NCBI RefSeq assembly: GCF_006345805.1
Contig: NC_043001.1
Location: 101,184,001-101,248,000, forward strand
Direction: 5' to 3'
Length of the DNA: 64,000 nucleotides
Source of the DNA: Octopus sinensis
Taxonomy: Eukaryota
Below, in pieces: positions 61,133-64,000 of the stretch. A model generated the notes under the pieces. That model saw nothing but the letters and a program-made list of their open reading frames with translations. It was not told the DNA's origin and made no database searches. The stretch's first letter is position 1. Each line of letters begins with the position of its first letter. The position numbers and the translations under genes are program-made.

Positions 61133-61714
61133 TCAAATAGATGTGATTAGAGGCAGTCCAACCATGACTATCTCATCTTTCTATCTTTTCTTATATTCAT
61201 TAGTGAAAGTTTTCCACTTTTTAAGAGACTAAGTTATCCTTGTCAGCTCATTGTAGACATTCCTTAGTTGACTCATGGTAGTGACTCCCTCTTGTTTTGT
61301 GCGACTCAGGTTTGACAGAAATTGTCTTTTATGATTTATTTAATTATTTAAACCACATTTTTTGTTGTTGTCGTCTTCTTTAGTTGTTTGATGGTGAGTT
61401 TATTTTGCTTTGAGGTGTTTGTCGCTTTCTCCCGAATTTATGAAGTCAACTATTTTTGGCAGGGAATTTTGAGAGTTGAATGATTTTTTTGCTGCCTTAA
61501 CGAGGTTTTTTTAAGAATTTTATTTTCATATGTTCACAATAGTTTTGTTGAATGTATGTTCTGCAGTATTTCTAGCAATAATTCTCATATTCCTCAGTTC
61601 TGGAAATCTTAATTTTTTCGTTCATGGGGTTGTCTTGTTGGATCCATTGTAACTTCTGGTGGTGGTAGTGGTGGTGGCATTAACTGGGTAAAGGAAAAGG
61701 TTTACTTGAGTGGC

Positions 61715-61890
61715 TTTCAGTGATCCTTTTAGTAATCCTTTCAGTGATCCTTTTAGTGATCCTTTCAGTGATCCTTTTAGTAATCCGTTCAGTGATCCTT
61801 TTAGTGATTCTTTCAATGATCCTTTCTGTGATCCTTTCAGTGATCCTTTCAGTGATCCTTTCAGTGATCCTTTCTGTGATCCTTTTAGTG
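61715..61890. repeat. 12-bp minisatellite TTT(C/T)AGT(G/A)ATCC, about 14-15 units
   Basis: Visible tandem array. Confidence 0.95.
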
Positions 61891-62005
61891 GTATTTCGTC
61901 TGTCTTTATGTTCTGAGTTAAAATTCTGCCAAGGTCAACTTTGCCTTTCATCCTTTCGGGGTTGATAAATTAAGTACCAGTTGTGTACTGGGTCGATCTA
62001 ACCAA
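61888..62005 (+). mobile_element. S1 SINE, 5'-truncated
   Basis: GTGGTATTTCGTCTGTCTTTATGTTCTGAGTTAAAATTCTGCCAAGGTCAACTTTGCCTTTCATCC. Confidence 0.8.
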
Positions 62006-63077
62006 CTATATGAATTGAAAGTAGTATTTTTACCCTTGTTTCTAATAATAAACTTTCGTTTTATCTGAAATGTTTCTTATTCAGTTTTTGAAGAAGAATA
62101 AACAGTTTTTATTATTCAGAAAAATCATAAAATTATAGAAATTAAAATGATTGATTTACACAGTATTGTATTTTATCGTATTTTATCCAATCCTAGTATG
62201 CTAATCTTTTCTAAAATGTATTATAACTCTAGTTTCCTGACATCTCTTTTCTATAGAATGATGTGGACATCTTCACCATTGATCAAGAATTTTGCTTCTT
62301 ATCATTTAAATTTTATTTGAAAAATGAAATTGTGAAAGTCTAAGGACTAACCCTAACTGCTGCAGATTTATCTGAATAGGTTTTATTTAGTGAATTAGCT
62401 AATGAAAAGGTCAGTGTTGCAATTGGTTCTCTTTACAAATGGTCAATATTTCATTAAGCTGAAGTTCTAAATTCAAATATTTCCATGAATGGCATTTCAA
62501 TTCACAAGTTCTGCTACAATGATTTACCTTTAATTGGTATTCTCTGATCCAAAGAAGTTACATGGCATTTGTTGAGTTTGAAAGAACTACTCTCAATAGA
62601 AAAACAATGAGTATTATGAAGACTTTTCTTTTGTCACTTTCTTTTTTTTTTGTATTATATCCTATCATTTCTTTATTTCCATCAAAATCTAAATTACATC
62701 CAAATAGGAAACACCAAATTTATTTATTTGAATTTTGTTGTCCTTAATCCTTTCAGGAATCCTTTTGTCCATAAAAGACTTAATTAAATAAACAGCAATT
62801 CCAAGTTATACTGTAAAACATATTGGAAGAAAATGAAGTCAAACTCCTCCGGAATCAAAGTTAGAAAGCAAAATCAAGAAATCCAGATTTATCAATTGAA
62901 ACAAATGTTCAAAATAAAACATCATTTACTTCATGGCGGATGGCAAAGTATGGAAAGAAAGTCAGGAAATAAAGGGAATCTCATGCCCTTAGCTTTTGGT
63001 TTTGTGTTTGAGCAGGGTGAGAAAAAAGTTTTATAAATGGTTGAAAATTTTCAATGCTTAGTCAAAGATTTTGGTAA

Positions 63078-63465
63078 ACTCTTTTACTTCTTTCAGTCAT
63101 TTGACTGCAGCCATGCTGAAGCACTGCCTTTAGTTGAGCAAATTGACCCCAGGAGTTATTCTCCGTAAGCCTAGTGCTTATTCTATCAGTCTCTTTTGCC
63201 AAACCACTAAGTTACAGGGATGTAAACACACCAGCATTGGTTATCAAGTGATGTTGGAGGGACAAACAAAGACACACAAACATATACACAAACATACATA
63301 TATACGACAGGCTTCTTTCAGTTTCCATCTACCAAATCCACTCACAAGACTTTGGTCGGCCCAGCCTGAGGCTATAGTAGAAGACACTTGCCCAAGGTGC
63401 CACACAGTAGGAATGAACCCGGAACCCTATGTTTGGTAAGCAAGCTACTTACCACACAGCCACTC
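63078..63465 (-). mobile_element. S2 SINE, near full length
   Basis: Reverse complement of the 20308-20713 pattern. Confidence 0.85.
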
Positions 63466-64000
63466 TTGAGAAAAGCCTGTTTGCATAATGTTGAAACTCT
63501 TCAGAAGCCTCTTCATCATCACAAACCAATAATTCGTAAGACAGCTTCTGTTCATTACAACCACAACTCACTTTTACCATTTCAATGCAAACAGCGGCAT
63601 TGGAAACTCTGACTCATGCCATTTCAACTGCTTCTAAGTTGAATCCTTACAACTAAACCTGGCTGAGTCACAACAATTGCTGCCAGAGTATCATTTTGAA
63701 TACCCCTTAATAGAAGTCATTGCAGCAACTGCTGAGCTGTGCTGCAACCACCAACACTGTGCAATGTTTACCAAAGAGAGGACCTTTCCATGGTCCTTCA
63801 GCTAGTAAGAAATAGCAAGCAAACTTCCTTCTGATCACACTGAATCATTTAAAACTAGGAACAGATACATTTGATAAATAGCTGATGCAAAACTGGCATT
63901 TTATAACTTAGCATTTTTTTTATAATGTTCAAATGTTATTTAACTAACTCTTTTCACATCTCTTTCATATTTCATCATTTTATAAATTTTGGTCATTCTG

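Noticed and set aside
61200-61640. K/N-rich interrupted frames on minus, possibly a retroelement N-terminus
   Set aside because: No diagnostic motif, so left unannotated
54901-61890. Regular tandem arrays (18-bp and 12-bp) as possible CRISPR
   Set aside because: No unique spacers, no cas genes, and the DNA is eukaryotic

Overview
AT-rich, microsatellite-dense animal genomic DNA. The repeat families look like those I recall from octopus genomes, so the organism is an inference. I can recognise no host protein-coding gene with confidence. Most ORFs in the supplied track are translations of microsatellites or SINEs. The window holds many copies of several SINE-like families (S1-S5 are my own labels) and decayed Penelope-like (PLE), R4/Dong-like and RTE retroelements. 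It also holds a truncated Gypsy LTR element (5' LTR, PBS, gag), a MITE, a probable Tc1/IS630-type transposase remnant and a CpG-rich promoter-like island at about 28.25-28.64 kb. The most notable signal is a set of hammerhead ribozyme (HHR) motifs in at least four, possibly five, repeat families with unrelated flanks. Each motif lies about 35-110 nt from the element 3' end, several elements end at (TA)n tracts, and several occur as inverted pairs. One family has a tRNA-like Pol III head fused to a minimal PLE-type hammerhead. All structures were folded by eye and no database search or computation was run. SINE boundaries are approximate.
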